From the IMG/VR virus record IMGVR_UViG_3300044472_000055, positions 1-64,000 of that record: a DNA stretch of 64,000 bases. One strand, given 5' to 3'. Position 1 is the first letter of the stretch. Every line of letters begins with the position of its first letter. This stretch comes from a virus. The position numbers and the translations under genes were made by a program. A model generated the notes under the pieces. That model had not been told where the DNA came from. It was given only the letters and a program-made list of their open reading frames with translations, and did no database searches. Positions 8,704 to 17,720 of this stretch are shown here, one piece after another.

Positions 8704-10689
8704 CTAGTCGACCTCCAGCTCGATCTCGCCGCTGTCGTCCGCATACGGGGACGCGGTGTACTCGCCGCTGTCCTCGTCGCTGGCGTCCTCGTCCTCGTCG
8801 AGTTCGAGGTTCGCCATCATGACTGCGGTGTCATCGAGGAACTGCTCGCAGTACTCGCGGTGCGCCTTGATCTGCATGGCAAGCTGCGCCTTCTCTTCGT
8901 CGGCGAGCAGCTCCATGTAGCCCGCGACCACGACCTCGACCTTGCGCAGATCCTTGAGGCGGTTGCGTGCGACCTCGTCGGTGAGACGGGCTTGCCGTGC
9001 GGCAATGTCCTGCCCTTGCGTATCGAGCCCCGCTGCAATCGCCTTCTCGCGAGCGCGGTTCTGCGCGGTCACCATCGCGGCTTCGATGCTCTTGCCGACC
9101 TTGCGAACCTCGGCAGACAGTGCCGTGGACACGCCGCGCGACCACTTCTTGCCCGTGGTCGTCTCGCCGATGCCGATCTCGCGACCGGCGACCTCACGCA
9201 CAGCCGTGAGCAGCTCCTCCAGCTCGCTCGTGTGCTCACGCGTACCGGGGACGAGCCAGAAGCCGCCCCAGCGCAGCGCCTTGTACGCATTGGTCAGAAC
9301 GTCCGTCTTGAGCCAGCGGTACAGGTCGCCGACATCGAGCATGGCGGCATCCTTGCGCTCGGTGAAGGCCTCCAGCACCTTCGTGCGCATCTCCGCCGAA
9401 CCACCGACGAAGCGCACCTCGTAGTGCTTCTTGCCGTTGGCGTCGGCGACGCGGACGAGATCCGCGATCAGTTCCTTGTCGCCCGACTTGGTAAGGTCGG
9501 TAGACATGTCGAGACGCTGCACGATCCAGCGGCTCTTGACCTCAGAGGGCCACTCGGTGGCGTTCTGGCGCTTCGCAGCGAACGCGTACAGCCCGCCTGA
9601 CTTGAAGCCGGACATGATGCGGCCGAAGAGCGCTTCGTCCGTCTTGAGGCCCGGCACGAGCCCGCGCTGCTGGAACTTCTCGGGCATGTGCTTGACGAAT
9701 TCGATCAGCGGCACCTTGTAGCCGTCCCACGCCGTGCCGGGCGAGACGATCAGGCCCTCACGCGAGTTGACGAGGCCCGCGATCAGAATGCGCTCTGCTT
9801 CAGCGTCGCGTGCGTTCTGCTCGTCCTGCGCCACCTTCTTGGCGAGCGCCTCCGCTTCGGCCTTCGACTTCTTGGCGAGTGCGGCAGGGCTGTTCGCACG
9901 GCGCCATGCCGTTGCCTCACGCGGCGTCATGCCCTGCGTGGCGTCGACGGTACCACCCGCGCCGAAGGCTGCCGGGGCGACGTTGTCGTTCAACAGCGTG
10001 ACCGTGAGGGCCGCGATCTGCGCCTGCGTGTACTTGAAGCGAACGACGAGGATGCGAAGGTACTCGTCGGCGGTCGCCTTCTTCACACCGTTTGCGAGGG
10101 CAGTCACGTAGCCCTCGGCGTTGCGCCAGCCCACACCGAGCATTTCGCCCGTGGCCATCGAGCCGATACCTGCGCCCGCTGCGTTGTTCGCCGCTTCGGT
10201 GCTCGCGTTGGTGAGCGCACCGACGAGCGTACCCGCGTTCTCGATGGACAGCGTGGCAGGCTCCTCGGTGACGACAGCGGGCGCCGCCTGAGCAGCCTGG
10301 CGCTGCGTGATGGCGCTCGACAGCGAGCCCCAGATGAGGGGCCACGCGGCACGAACCTGTGCGAGCACGAAGTGATCGCGACGTGCACGCCACATCAGGC
10401 GCACCTCGTTAGCGGTCGCCTCGGGCAGCGCCTTGAACCAGGCGCCCGCTGCCGTGTTCGCGTCGTTGAGGCGCCCAGCGAGCGCCTGCAGCTCGGACAG
10501 CATCGTGCAGCCACCGACGAGATCGCGAGCCTGCTCCAGCGGCGTGCGCTGCGGCTGCGTGGTGGTGATCGCGGGGCCGACCGTGACCACCGTGGTAGTG
10601 GTCGGGGCGACCGTCGCGACCGGCTCCAGGTCCAGTTCGAGAAGGTCAGCGGCATCGTCGGCGGTGTCGGGTCCGTAGTTGCGAGACAT
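8704..10689 (-). CDS. large Ala-rich hypothetical protein; C-terminal part possibly DUF3150/DUF6744-like
   Basis: Start at ATG 10689 after ACGGAACAAGGAGCACACC; LRWGGFWLVP motif followed by coiled coil and acidic tail. Confidence 0.7.
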   Translation of the reverse strand: MSRNYGPDTADDAADLLELDLEPVATVAPTTTTVVTVGPAITTTQPQRTPLEQARDLVGGCTMLSELQALAGRLNDANTAAGAWFKALPEATANEVRLMWRARRDHFVLAQVRAAWPLIWGSLSSAITQRQAAQAAPAVVTEEPATLSIENAGTLVGALTNASTEAANNAAGAGIGSMATGEMLGVGWRNAEGYVTALANGVKKATADEYLRILVVRFKYTQAQIAALTVTLLNDNVAPAAFGAGGTVDATQGMTPREATAWRRANSPAALAKKSKAEAEALAKKVAQDEQNARDAEAERILIAGLVNSREGLIVSPGTAWDGYKVPLIEFVKHMPEKFQQRGLVPGLKTDEALFGRIMSGFKSGGLYAFAAKRQNATEWPSEVKSRWIVQRLDMSTDLTKSGDKELIADLVRVADANGKKHYEVRFVGGSAEMRTKVLEAFTERKDAAMLDVGDLYRWLKTDVLTNAYKALRWGGFWLVPGTREHTSELEELLTAVREVAGREIGIGETTTGKKWSRGVSTALSAEVRKVGKSIEAAMVTAQNRAREKAIAAGLDTQGQDIAARQARLTDEVARNRLKDLRKVEVVVAGYMELLADEEKAQLAMQIKAHREYCEQFLDDTAVMMANLELDEDEDASDEDSGEYTASPYADDSGEIELEVD

Positions 10690-10828
10690 GGTGTGCTCCT
10701 TGTTCCGTGGTTGGTTGCGGTCAGACGTTCGCGGCGTCCTACGCGGTGTGCTGCGCGAGTGTTCGTCGCGCGCAGCTGCAGGCTGCGCACCGTGTAGAAC
10801 GCCGCCAGCGTCAGAGACGCTCTGCGGG

Positions 10829-11182
10829 TTACTGGTTGTCCGTGATGTAGCGAGCGAGCGCCGACAGCCGCGCTCGCGCCTTGGGCGTCTGCGCCCTGAG
10901 GGCGAGTGCATCGCAGCGTGCGGCCGCGTCCAGGTACGACCGACGGCCGAAGCCTTTCCAGGCCCACGCCGTCGCGGCACGCCGTGCGCGACGCTGACGC
11001 TCGGTACGGCTTTCGTACGTGAGCTGCTTGTTCGTCGGCTTCGTCGACACAGGTTCGCCAGCTACCTCACGCCCGTCACACACCACCGCGTTGGTCCATG
11101 TTCCAGACCAATCCGTGAAGCGACGTTGCACGAGATGCAAACCTGTGGCGCCAGGCGTGCCACACGCAGCACACGTCGTCAC
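10829..11182 (-). CDS. hypothetical protein with CxxC
   Basis: GTGA overlap with the upstream stop; CAACG. Confidence 0.55.
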   Translation of the reverse strand: MTTCAACGTPGATGLHLVQRRFTDWSGTWTNAVVCDGREVAGEPVSTKPTNKQLTYESRTERQRRARRAATAWAWKGFGRRSYLDAAARCDALALRAQTPKARARLSALARYITDNQ

Positions 11183-11415
11183 TGCAGCACCACCCTTCCG
11201 TTGCGAACGTCCGCGACCTCGACGACGTCGTCGAGCGTTGCCTGCATCGCCTCGGGCGCATGCTTGCGGCACGCCGTGCAGTAGCCATCGAGCCCGTCGA
11301 CGGTCCAGTGCGAAGGCGTGCGCCTGCAGTCGAGATCGAAGCAGGTCTCGTCGAGCGCGGTCGTGATGAAGCGCAGCGAGAGTGCCTCGCCGCGAAATTC
11401 GAGTGTGAGCGCCAC
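11179..11415 (-). CDS. small Zn-finger-like protein
   Basis: CFDLDC...YCTAC. Confidence 0.6.
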   Translation of the reverse strand: MALTLEFRGEALSLRFITTALDETCFDLDCRRTPSHWTVDGLDGYCTACRKHAPEAMQATLDDVVEVADVRNGRVVLQ

Positions 11416-11417
11416 GG

Positions 11418-11690
11418 CTAGCCCGCCTTCGCTGCGGTGCGGCCCGCGATCAGCTCTTCGACTGCGATCGACACGTCGGTGAGCGCCGTGTTCACCATGA
11501 TGAGGGCGTGCTCGCTATCGCCGACGCCGAGGCTATCGGCGAGCTGATACGCGTGCCCGGCCTTCGTGATGATTTCGGCCGCTTCCGTCGAGGGGTACTG
11601 CTTGAACAGCACGACGGCGGCGTCGAGCAGGTTGCTTGCCGTGCCCAGAGCGATCTCGATTGCTTTCTTGGTGACCGTGATACGAGCCAT
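11418..11690 (-). CDS. hypothetical helical protein, first gene of the leftward operon
   Basis: Same 19-nt leader as the gene at 10689. Confidence 0.7.
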   Translation of the reverse strand: MARITVTKKAIEIALGTASNLLDAAVVLFKQYPSTEAAEIITKAGHAYQLADSLGVGDSEHALIMVNTALTDVSIAVEELIAGRTAAKAG

Positions 11691-12360
11691 GGTGTGCTCC
11701 TTGTTCCGTTGTGCGCCTGTTACCGGGTGCGGGTTGCGTTCGTCGTCGCGTAGCTCGCGGAATGCGAGGCAATCGCGCCGAACATGACTGCGGCGTAGAC
11801 CCACGCGTTGCCCTTGCTCAGGGCGTGACGCTTGAGGACGTCGCGGTAGTATTTCTGCTGTTCCATGAGGTGACCTTGCCTTGGAGTGGAGTGGTCTGCA
11901 TTGCGTGGCCGGGGCCTGCGTTACCTCGCGTCGCAAGGGAAGGCGCGGCGATGCCACGTAAAAATTGTGCCCTCCGGTAGCAGCGTGCTTGCCGCTGCTA
12001 TCGCAAGGCACACACGGCGCGAGATCCTGCGGGGACTCGTCGTGACGAGGGGCGTGCGTTGTGGTCGTTGGTCTGGGTCGTTCCAGCTTCAACCGCCCGA
12101 CACGCTCTGCTCGTCGACGATAAGGCGCATGAATGCTCGTGTCTTGCTATCGACTTGCCGTTGTGTGCTTCTCAGGTGCCCCCCTTCCCTCGACTCACAC
12201 GCGCTGTACGCCCCGGGTTTCTAGCCGTGGTCGTGCTTGTCCGCGCAGAGGCTGTTCCCAACGTCCCGGGCGTACGCCAAGGGTTGGAGCTGTGCGGCGG
12301 CAGAGGCGCACTGTGCTGGTCGCGGAAGAGACCGCACCGTGCGAGCGCTCGTGAGTGCCT

Positions 12361-12437
12361 TGCCCTAGCTGCCGGACTCGAACCGGCCAGCCACCACCGC
12401 GTCTATCGCAGTGCCGCACGTGGGACCGCGCTGGGGC
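12361..12437 (-). ncRNA. tRNA-like element (acceptor-like stem and perfect T-arm, no canonical D/anticodon arms)
   Basis: GCCGG-TTCGAGT-CCGGC T-arm; GCCCCAGC/GCTAGGGC terminal stem with one mismatch. Confidence 0.4.
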
Positions 12438-12599
12438 GCGGGGTACCGATGCGGGGCATCAGAGGAGAGGGCTATTCGGTTGTCAGAGCAGCGCGAGGGG
12501 GAGCCAGGTTCCGGCCGGGCGCCTCGCCGCGCCTTCCGAGGAGACCCTATTGCTTGCCGCATGCCAGCATTACACCGGTTTACACCAGCATCGTAACTA

Positions 12600-12970
12600 G
12601 GCTATTTTATTGGATAAACTCGGATGATCGGCGCAGATCCCCCTCATGGCACTCGGATCGACTGTGGTGACTTGGTTACACCCGATCCCGGATCCCGTAT
12701 ACGAAACGCCACATCCGAGTCAACCGCTATCGGATCTCGGGGGCTAAGTACCGATTCTATTTGGATAAATCCGGGGATCCTTTCGGTTGAGCCCGAGCCT
12801 AAAGCCCTGTATACATGGACTCGGATCCGTATCCGGATCCCGTTCGGATCGCGCTCGGATCGCGCTCGGATGTCGTCCGATTGCCGTCCGACTCGCGATC
12901 CGAGCGCCCCGCCTGCCCTGCCCCCTACTACCGCCCCGGCTACCGGGGATCGCGCGCGGTTCCGATCAGC
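12600..12970. repeat. GATC/CGGATC-rich non-coding region; candidate origin or operator array
   Basis: 14 GATC counted in ~340 bp; tandem TCGGATCGCGC at 12844-12871; two TTGGATAAA copies. Confidence 0.6.
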
Positions 12971-12987
12971 GTTCGGAGGTTGTCCAA

Positions 12988-13287
12988 ATGGCCGAGTTGA
13001 CCCACAAGCCCGTTTGTTTGCGGCTACAGGCCGATCTGGAGGCGTTCGTGCGAGACATCGCAGCGTCGCAAGGCATCACCGTATCCGAGTGGATCCGGTT
13101 GCTGATCTCGAATGCGGTGTATGGCCAAGCGCCCGACGTCGACGCTGGCTACAACCAAGGCCGTGCCTTCGGTCTCAAGCTTGCGCACGAAATGATCCGC
13201 AAGGCGGCAGAGCTGATGCCGCAGACGCACGAGGAAGCCGTCGTCTACTTCGGTCTCGCAGGTCCCGGCCGAGGACACCACGGCTAG
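12988..13287 (+). CDS. ribbon-helix-helix (CopG-like) regulator
   Basis: KPVCLRLQADLEAFVRDIAASQGITVSEWIRLLI; GGAGG SD at 12975. Confidence 0.75.
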   Translation: MAELTHKPVCLRLQADLEAFVRDIAASQGITVSEWIRLLISNAVYGQAPDVDAGYNQGRAFGLKLAHEMIRKAAELMPQTHEEAVVYFGLAGPGRGHHG

Positions 13288-13673
13288 TCAACAACGAGAT
13301 CGAGATACGCCGCGCCTGCACCACTCGTGTAGACGATGAGCAGCGGACGACCTTGATCGTCGACGCTGGCATCGATCGCAAATGTCGCGAACCCCGATCG
13401 TCGTGCGATCGTCGCTCGCGCAGTCGGAAGCCCGACGACACCTCCGAGCAGCAGGGCTCGTGCGTGCTCGGGCGCCATGTACCCGACGGGAACGGACCCA
13501 TAGCCATCGAGCCCAGCGCGTACGATGCGCTTGAGCGGACCCGCGACCGTATCAACGAGAAGGTCCGGCGAAGCGCCGCCGATCGTAGTGATCGTGACGC
13601 TTGCCGGACCTTCCGTCGCTTCGATCAAGTAGCGCAGACGACGATTGCCGACGAAGACAAGCGTCGCACGCAC
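13284..13673 (-). CDS. putative virion beta-rich protein, paralogue of 13677-14096
   Basis: Shared RYL, PD, G.LK, GYG, ARAL and SGAG..YLD motifs. Confidence 0.65.
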   Translation of the reverse strand: MRATLVFVGNRRLRYLIEATEGPASVTITTIGGASPDLLVDTVAGPLKRIVRAGLDGYGSVPVGYMAPEHARALLLGGVVGLPTARATIARRSGFATFAIDASVDDQGRPLLIVYTSGAGAAYLDLVVD

Positions 13674-13676
13674 TGC

Positions 13677-14096
13677 TTACTGACCGATGCCACCCGGCAT
13701 GTAGATGTCGAGGTACACCGAGCCCGCGCCCGAGAACGTGATGTTGAACGTCGGGTTGCCGCCCGAGACGTTCAGATCGAGGTTCGCGGTGATCGCCGAG
13801 CGCGGCGTGATCGTCGAGATCGCGAGCGGCATGTTCGTGCCGACGAGGTTCGTCGGATCATCCGATGCCCACAGCGCGCGTGCCTGCGCCTGGTTCAACG
13901 CGCCAGCGGCAAGCTTGCCGTAGCCGTTCGCGACCGTCTTCGAGATGGTCTTGAGCTGACCACCGGGCGCGTCGGTCTGGACGTCGGGCGTTGCAGCGCC
14001 CGAGCAGGTGAGGACGCCCGTCTCGGCGCCCGTGGCGGTCGCGAGGTAGCGCATGTGGTTGGGGCTGGCTTTGACGATCGAGAAAGTAACGGCCAT
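13677..14096 (-). CDS. putative virion beta-rich protein
   Basis: Strong SD AAAGGAG; Thr/Gly/Ala-rich. Confidence 0.7.
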   Translation of the reverse strand: MAVTFSIVKASPNHMRYLATATGAETGVLTCSGAATPDVQTDAPGGQLKTISKTVANGYGKLAAGALNQAQARALWASDDPTNLVGTNMPLAISTITPRSAITANLDLNVSGGNPTFNITFSGAGSVYLDIYMPGGIGQ

Positions 14097-14202
14097 GGGT
14101 CAGTTCTCCTTTGTGGCTCTACTTAGCCACGAAATGATTAAGAGATCAAACGACATGAGAGCTAACTCGCGATCTGATCAATCGCTACTCGCTATCTCTG
14201 CG

Positions 14203-14511
14203 TCAAGCGACACGTCGACGTTCGCTGGTGCTGATCAATTGCTTGACCGGATCGTAGGCCTTCTTGTCGACGAGCACGCGAATGTGCGCGACGAGATCGA
14301 TGATGTGGCCGTCACAGAACGGGCACGGCATGCCTGCTCTTGCGATACCACCGATCTCGATATGGCACTCGATGCATACGAGCACGGGCTCCACCGCCCG
14401 TCGGGGGCTGCTATCGAAGTTCGGCGCGGCTGCGTGCGTCCCCTCGCAATCGAGCTGCCCACACAGTGAGCATCTACGATACGAGCGCTTCGTCAACGTC
14501 GATGAGAACAT
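14203..14511 (-). CDS. Zn-finger protein
   Basis: CSLC, CIEC, CPFC. Confidence 0.6.
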   Translation of the reverse strand: MFSSTLTKRSYRRCSLCGQLDCEGTHAAAPNFDSSPRRAVEPVLVCIECHIEIGGIARAGMPCPFCDGHIIDLVAHIRVLVDKKAYDPVKQLISTSERRRVA

Positions 14512-15182
14512 CAGTACTTCACGCCCTTCTGTCGTGGATCCCACTCTTCGGGAATCGGGCGCCCATCGTCGAGCACCGTCGTCGGCGCTGTGCCGACACC
14601 ATCCGCTTCGGCAGCGGGAATCACGACGCCGCTGTAGAGATCGAAGCCAGGATCACCTGGCCGCGTCGCACTCGATTGACGATGCGCGACGTAGACGTTG
14701 ATGCGAGCACCACGTGCGTTCGCGTCTTCTTTGATCCAGTGCGCGACATCGATACACGTCTGCTTCAGCTCGGGCGTGACGATGTTGGGCGGCTTCTTGT
14801 TCCACGTCGTACCGTTGCGCTGTCCGGGAAAGTTTCCCGAGACCTCGATCGAGACAGTGCCGTTGTTCCAGCCGTTCGCGAATGCGCCGCGCACGTCCCA
14901 GTCGTGGAGCCAGATGACCTGGCAGTCGAGTGTCACGCAGACGTGTGCACCGACGGAATCGTAACGCGCCGGGTTCTCACCGAGGTCGACGCCAGCTTGG
15001 TGCCAGCACTCGCCGGTCACGTCCTTCATCAGACGCGACCTGACCTTCCATTCGCGCTGCGGGCCATGTGCCTTCATCGACATCTTGCGACGATCGTGGA
15101 AGGCCTTGCCCGGAAGCACGATGCCCTGTGGCGTAGAGAAGCGCAGCTTCTCGACAGCACGAAGGATGGGGGTGAGCATCAC
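14511..15182 (-). CDS. endolysin, N-acetylmuramoyl-L-alanine amidase (Amidase_2-like)
   Basis: WHQ...AHVCV...ANGWNNGTVSIEVSG...VAHRQ...GDPG Zn-amidase pattern. Confidence 0.75.
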   Translation of the reverse strand: MMLTPILRAVEKLRFSTPQGIVLPGKAFHDRRKMSMKAHGPQREWKVRSRLMKDVTGECWHQAGVDLGENPARYDSVGAHVCVTLDCQVIWLHDWDVRGAFANGWNNGTVSIEVSGNFPGQRNGTTWNKKPPNIVTPELKQTCIDVAHWIKEDANARGARINVYVAHRQSSATRPGDPGFDLYSGVVIPAAEADGVGTAPTTVLDDGRPIPEEWDPRQKGVKY

Positions 15183-15475
15183 GGCTTGGGCTCGCCTTCG
15201 ATGCCGAACTTCTCGCGAAGCTTGTTGAGCTTGCGCTCGTCCATGGTGCGGACGGTGTCGTGCATCTCTTGCAGCTCCAGGTTCACCGTCGCAGCGGGAA
15301 CCTTGCCTTCGAAGCCTTCGCGCAGCACGTGTACGACCTGCGCGATCGTCGCGAGCGCTTGATCCGCGCGATCACCGCCGAGCTTGGTCAAATCGTGGAT
15401 GACCTCCAAACCCTGGACGACGTTGCCGAGCATCTTGAGGCCGTTTTTCGCGATGTCCCATGCCGACATGTTCAC
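15179..15475 (-). CDS. hypothetical helical protein in the lysis module
   Basis: Coupled between the lipoprotein and the amidase. Confidence 0.6.
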   Translation of the reverse strand: MNMSAWDIAKNGLKMLGNVVQGLEVIHDLTKLGGDRADQALATIAQVVHVLREGFEGKVPAATVNLELQEMHDTVRTMDERKLNKLREKFGIEGEPKP

Positions 15476-15882
15476 TGCCCTTTCTTCTGGAAGGCGTTCA
15501 GCTGCTTGTGCAGCTCTGCCGCGAGGCGTGCGACCTCACGTGCTGATTTCTCGTCGAAGTCGGCCTCGTACGCTGCCATGACTGCTTCGAGGAACGTTTC
15601 GAAGAGTGCGATGATCTTGTCGCGCTGCTTCCAGTGCGCCTGAAGCGCGATGAACCCTTCATCGAAGGTCTTCGCCTTCTCGATGATCTCGTCCTGCTTC
15701 TGATCATCGTAGGCATGGAAGCCAACGCGTAGCGTGCTCACAGCAGCACGCGTTGCTTTGACCGCACGCTCGTTCGCTGCCGCGCCGCACGCCGCGAGCG
15801 CACCGAAGGCCAGTAGCAGCGACATGATCAACACAAGGACGTAGACGCCCTCGTACCGTGGATGAAGCCGCGAGCGCATCAC
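15472..15882 (-). CDS. putative lipoprotein (spanin-like)
   Basis: Hydrophobic signal ending LAAC (lipobox), followed by amphipathic helices. Confidence 0.55.
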   Translation of the reverse strand: MMRSRLHPRYEGVYVLVLIMSLLLAFGALAACGAAANERAVKATRAAVSTLRVGFHAYDDQKQDEIIEKAKTFDEGFIALQAHWKQRDKIIALFETFLEAVMAAYEADFDEKSAREVARLAAELHKQLNAFQKKGQ

Positions 15883-16118
15883 GCGACAGGCTCCCCGCTG
15901 GGCATCGGCTTGGGCTCCGCGTCCTTGCCGCGTGCGAGGACTTCAGCGACACCCGTCGCCGACTTGCCCGCCGTGTAGCCGGTGATGATCCACTTGAGCA
16001 GCGATTCCCACTGATCAGCGGTGATGTTTCCGAGTTGGAACATCGTGGTCACCAGCGCAAGGCCGACGATCGCTACGATGCCGCGTTCAGACTTCCAGAG
16101 ATCCGAGATAGCACCCAT
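15879..16118 (-). CDS. holin-like small membrane protein
   Basis: Hydrophobic segments, 79 aa, heads the lysis cassette. Confidence 0.55.
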   Translation of the reverse strand: MGAISDLWKSERGIVAIVGLALVTTMFQLGNITADQWESLLKWIITGYTAGKSATGVAEVLARGKDAEPKPMPSGEPVA

Positions 16119-16162
16119 ATGCGAGGGAGCCTATCACGTACTCATGACAACGCTGTCGGGCT

Positions 16163-16702
16163 CTACGCCCCTGCGGACTTGCGCTTCATCTTGCCGATCG
16201 CGACGAGCAGACCGAGACCGAAGACAGCCCCACTCGCGACCTTGCCCCACGTCGGCATCTTGCGCCAGAAGTCGCCGACGCTCGCCGCAACACCGCCGCC
16301 GCTGCCTGGCAGTGCCCACTTCGACGTGTCGATGGCGGGCGTACTCGTGTAACCACCACCACCGCCGCCACCGCCGCCACCAGAGGCGACTGCAGGCTGC
16401 GGGGCAACCGGAAGCCCGACGGCGTTGGCATTCTGGTTCAGGTACGTCGCCAATCCAGAGGCAGACGTACGCATCTGTTCGAGGTTGTACGAGCCCGTTT
16501 CGAGCACGAGCCGTGCGGTCAAGCCGCTCGCAGTCTCCGATGCACCAGGCACGTTATTCGCGACCCATGCCAGCGCTTTGAGGAGCGCGGAAGCTGTGAA
16601 GGTTCCGAGCTGCCCGTCGATACCGATGGCCGCGAAGCCAGCGTGAGCCGCAAAGCGGTTGATCGCGTTCTGAAGACTGACGACGTTGGGATCTGCGGCC
16701 AT
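16163..16702 (-). CDS. peptidoglycan-binding-domain protein with C-terminal membrane anchor
   Basis: VVSLQNAIN...IDGQLGTFTASAL (PGBD-like); poly-Gly linker; TM followed by KMKRK. Confidence 0.65.
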   Translation of the reverse strand: MAADPNVVSLQNAINRFAAHAGFAAIGIDGQLGTFTASALLKALAWVANNVPGASETASGLTARLVLETGSYNLEQMRTSASGLATYLNQNANAVGLPVAPQPAVASGGGGGGGGGGYTSTPAIDTSKWALPGSGGGVAASVGDFWRKMPTWGKVASGAVFGLGLLVAIGKMKRKSAGA

Positions 16703-16737
16703 GCGGGCAGTGTACCAACACTGAATGTAGGATTCAG

Positions 16738-16899
16738 CTACTGGTCGATCAGCTCCGCAAACGGGCACTTTTTACGGTGCCGGTAGGGCTTCACGTCGAT
16801 CCAGCCGCCCTTACCGCAGTCCTCGCACCACCATACGCGTCCGGCGTGGAAGAACCCGGCGATGCATAGGATCGCGCGGATCTCCAACTTCGACGGCAT
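16738..16899 (-). CDS. small Cys/His protein
   Basis: CEDC, H..KC; overlaps the upstream stop. Confidence 0.45.
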   Translation of the reverse strand: MPSKLEIRAILCIAGFFHAGRVWWCEDCGKGGWIDVKPYRHRKKCPFAELIDQ

Positions 16900-17672
16900 T
16901 ACCGTGGAGCAGACGTCGGCAGCGTCCCACCGAGGGGCGGCGGAACAATCGGCGCCGTGCTGGATCCCGGCTTGATCGCACGAAGCTGTGCGACCCAGTC
17001 GATCACGACGTTCCACTCGTGATTCATGCGGCGCTGTTGCACCTCGGGCGCGAGCGCATTGAATTCGTTGGGCACCGTCGGCACAGCGTTGACGGCCCAA
17101 TCGCTCTTCACTCCGTAGTGGTCGAGCTTGTTCATCTTGCGCCACTCGGCCGCGAGGTAGAGGAACGTCTCCGCGACGAAGAACCGCCGATGCGTCGGAT
17201 CTTGGAAGCCACGGTTGCTACGCCCGTTCGGCACGACGCACGTCATCCAGCCGTCGGGAACGATGATGCGATGGCACTCGTCGAAGAAGCGGAACATCAG
17301 ATCGACGCCCTCGCCGTACGGTACCGGATTGCCATCGTGATCGACCTCGATCATCGGGATGTGTTCGAGGAAGTGCGAGCAGTTCAGCTCAGCGACGGAG
17401 CTGTCCTCGAACGGCCACGGGAACTTGAACAGGTTGACGACGTGCTGCGCGCCCGACCAGCGATCGACGCACTCGAACCCCTCACGTGGGTTTTGCCCAC
17501 CCGCGAGATCGAGCTTGCGCGTGATGACGGGACCGGCGAGCGTCGGCATGATCGGCGCAGGCGTCGCGGCACCATGGCACTCCGCGAATGGCTTGGCGCT
17601 ACCACACGGGCATGCCGCTGGCGTTGGTTGCTGGATGGGCTTCTTCGAGGGCTTGTTCTTGTGCTTGGCCAT
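16899..17672 (-). CDS. SEC-C motif plus class I SAM-dependent methyltransferase
   Basis: CPCGSAKPFAECHG; KLDLAGG, PWPFEDSSV, SHFLEH, DPTH. Confidence 0.85.
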   Translation of the reverse strand: MAKHKNKPSKKPIQQPTPAACPCGSAKPFAECHGAATPAPIMPTLAGPVITRKLDLAGGQNPREGFECVDRWSGAQHVVNLFKFPWPFEDSSVAELNCSHFLEHIPMIEVDHDGNPVPYGEGVDLMFRFFDECHRIIVPDGWMTCVVPNGRSNRGFQDPTHRRFFVAETFLYLAAEWRKMNKLDHYGVKSDWAVNAVPTVPNEFNALAPEVQQRRMNHEWNVVIDWVAQLRAIKPGSSTAPIVPPPLGGTLPTSAPR

Positions 17673-17720
17673 GTTCTTCTCGTGTGTCTCTGGTGTACGC
17701 GCTGGGGCTGACGTTCATGT

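Noticed and set aside
10690-10980. ORF-track N-terminal extensions (also 11691-12092, 12787-12987, 50431-50514)
   Set aside because: Better starts with SD or leader motifs lie downstream, and the extensions overlap other genes or non-coding structure.
12624-14126. 500-aa plus-strand ORF
   Set aside because: Spans a repeat region, overlaps the RHH gene in another frame and is antisense to two real genes.
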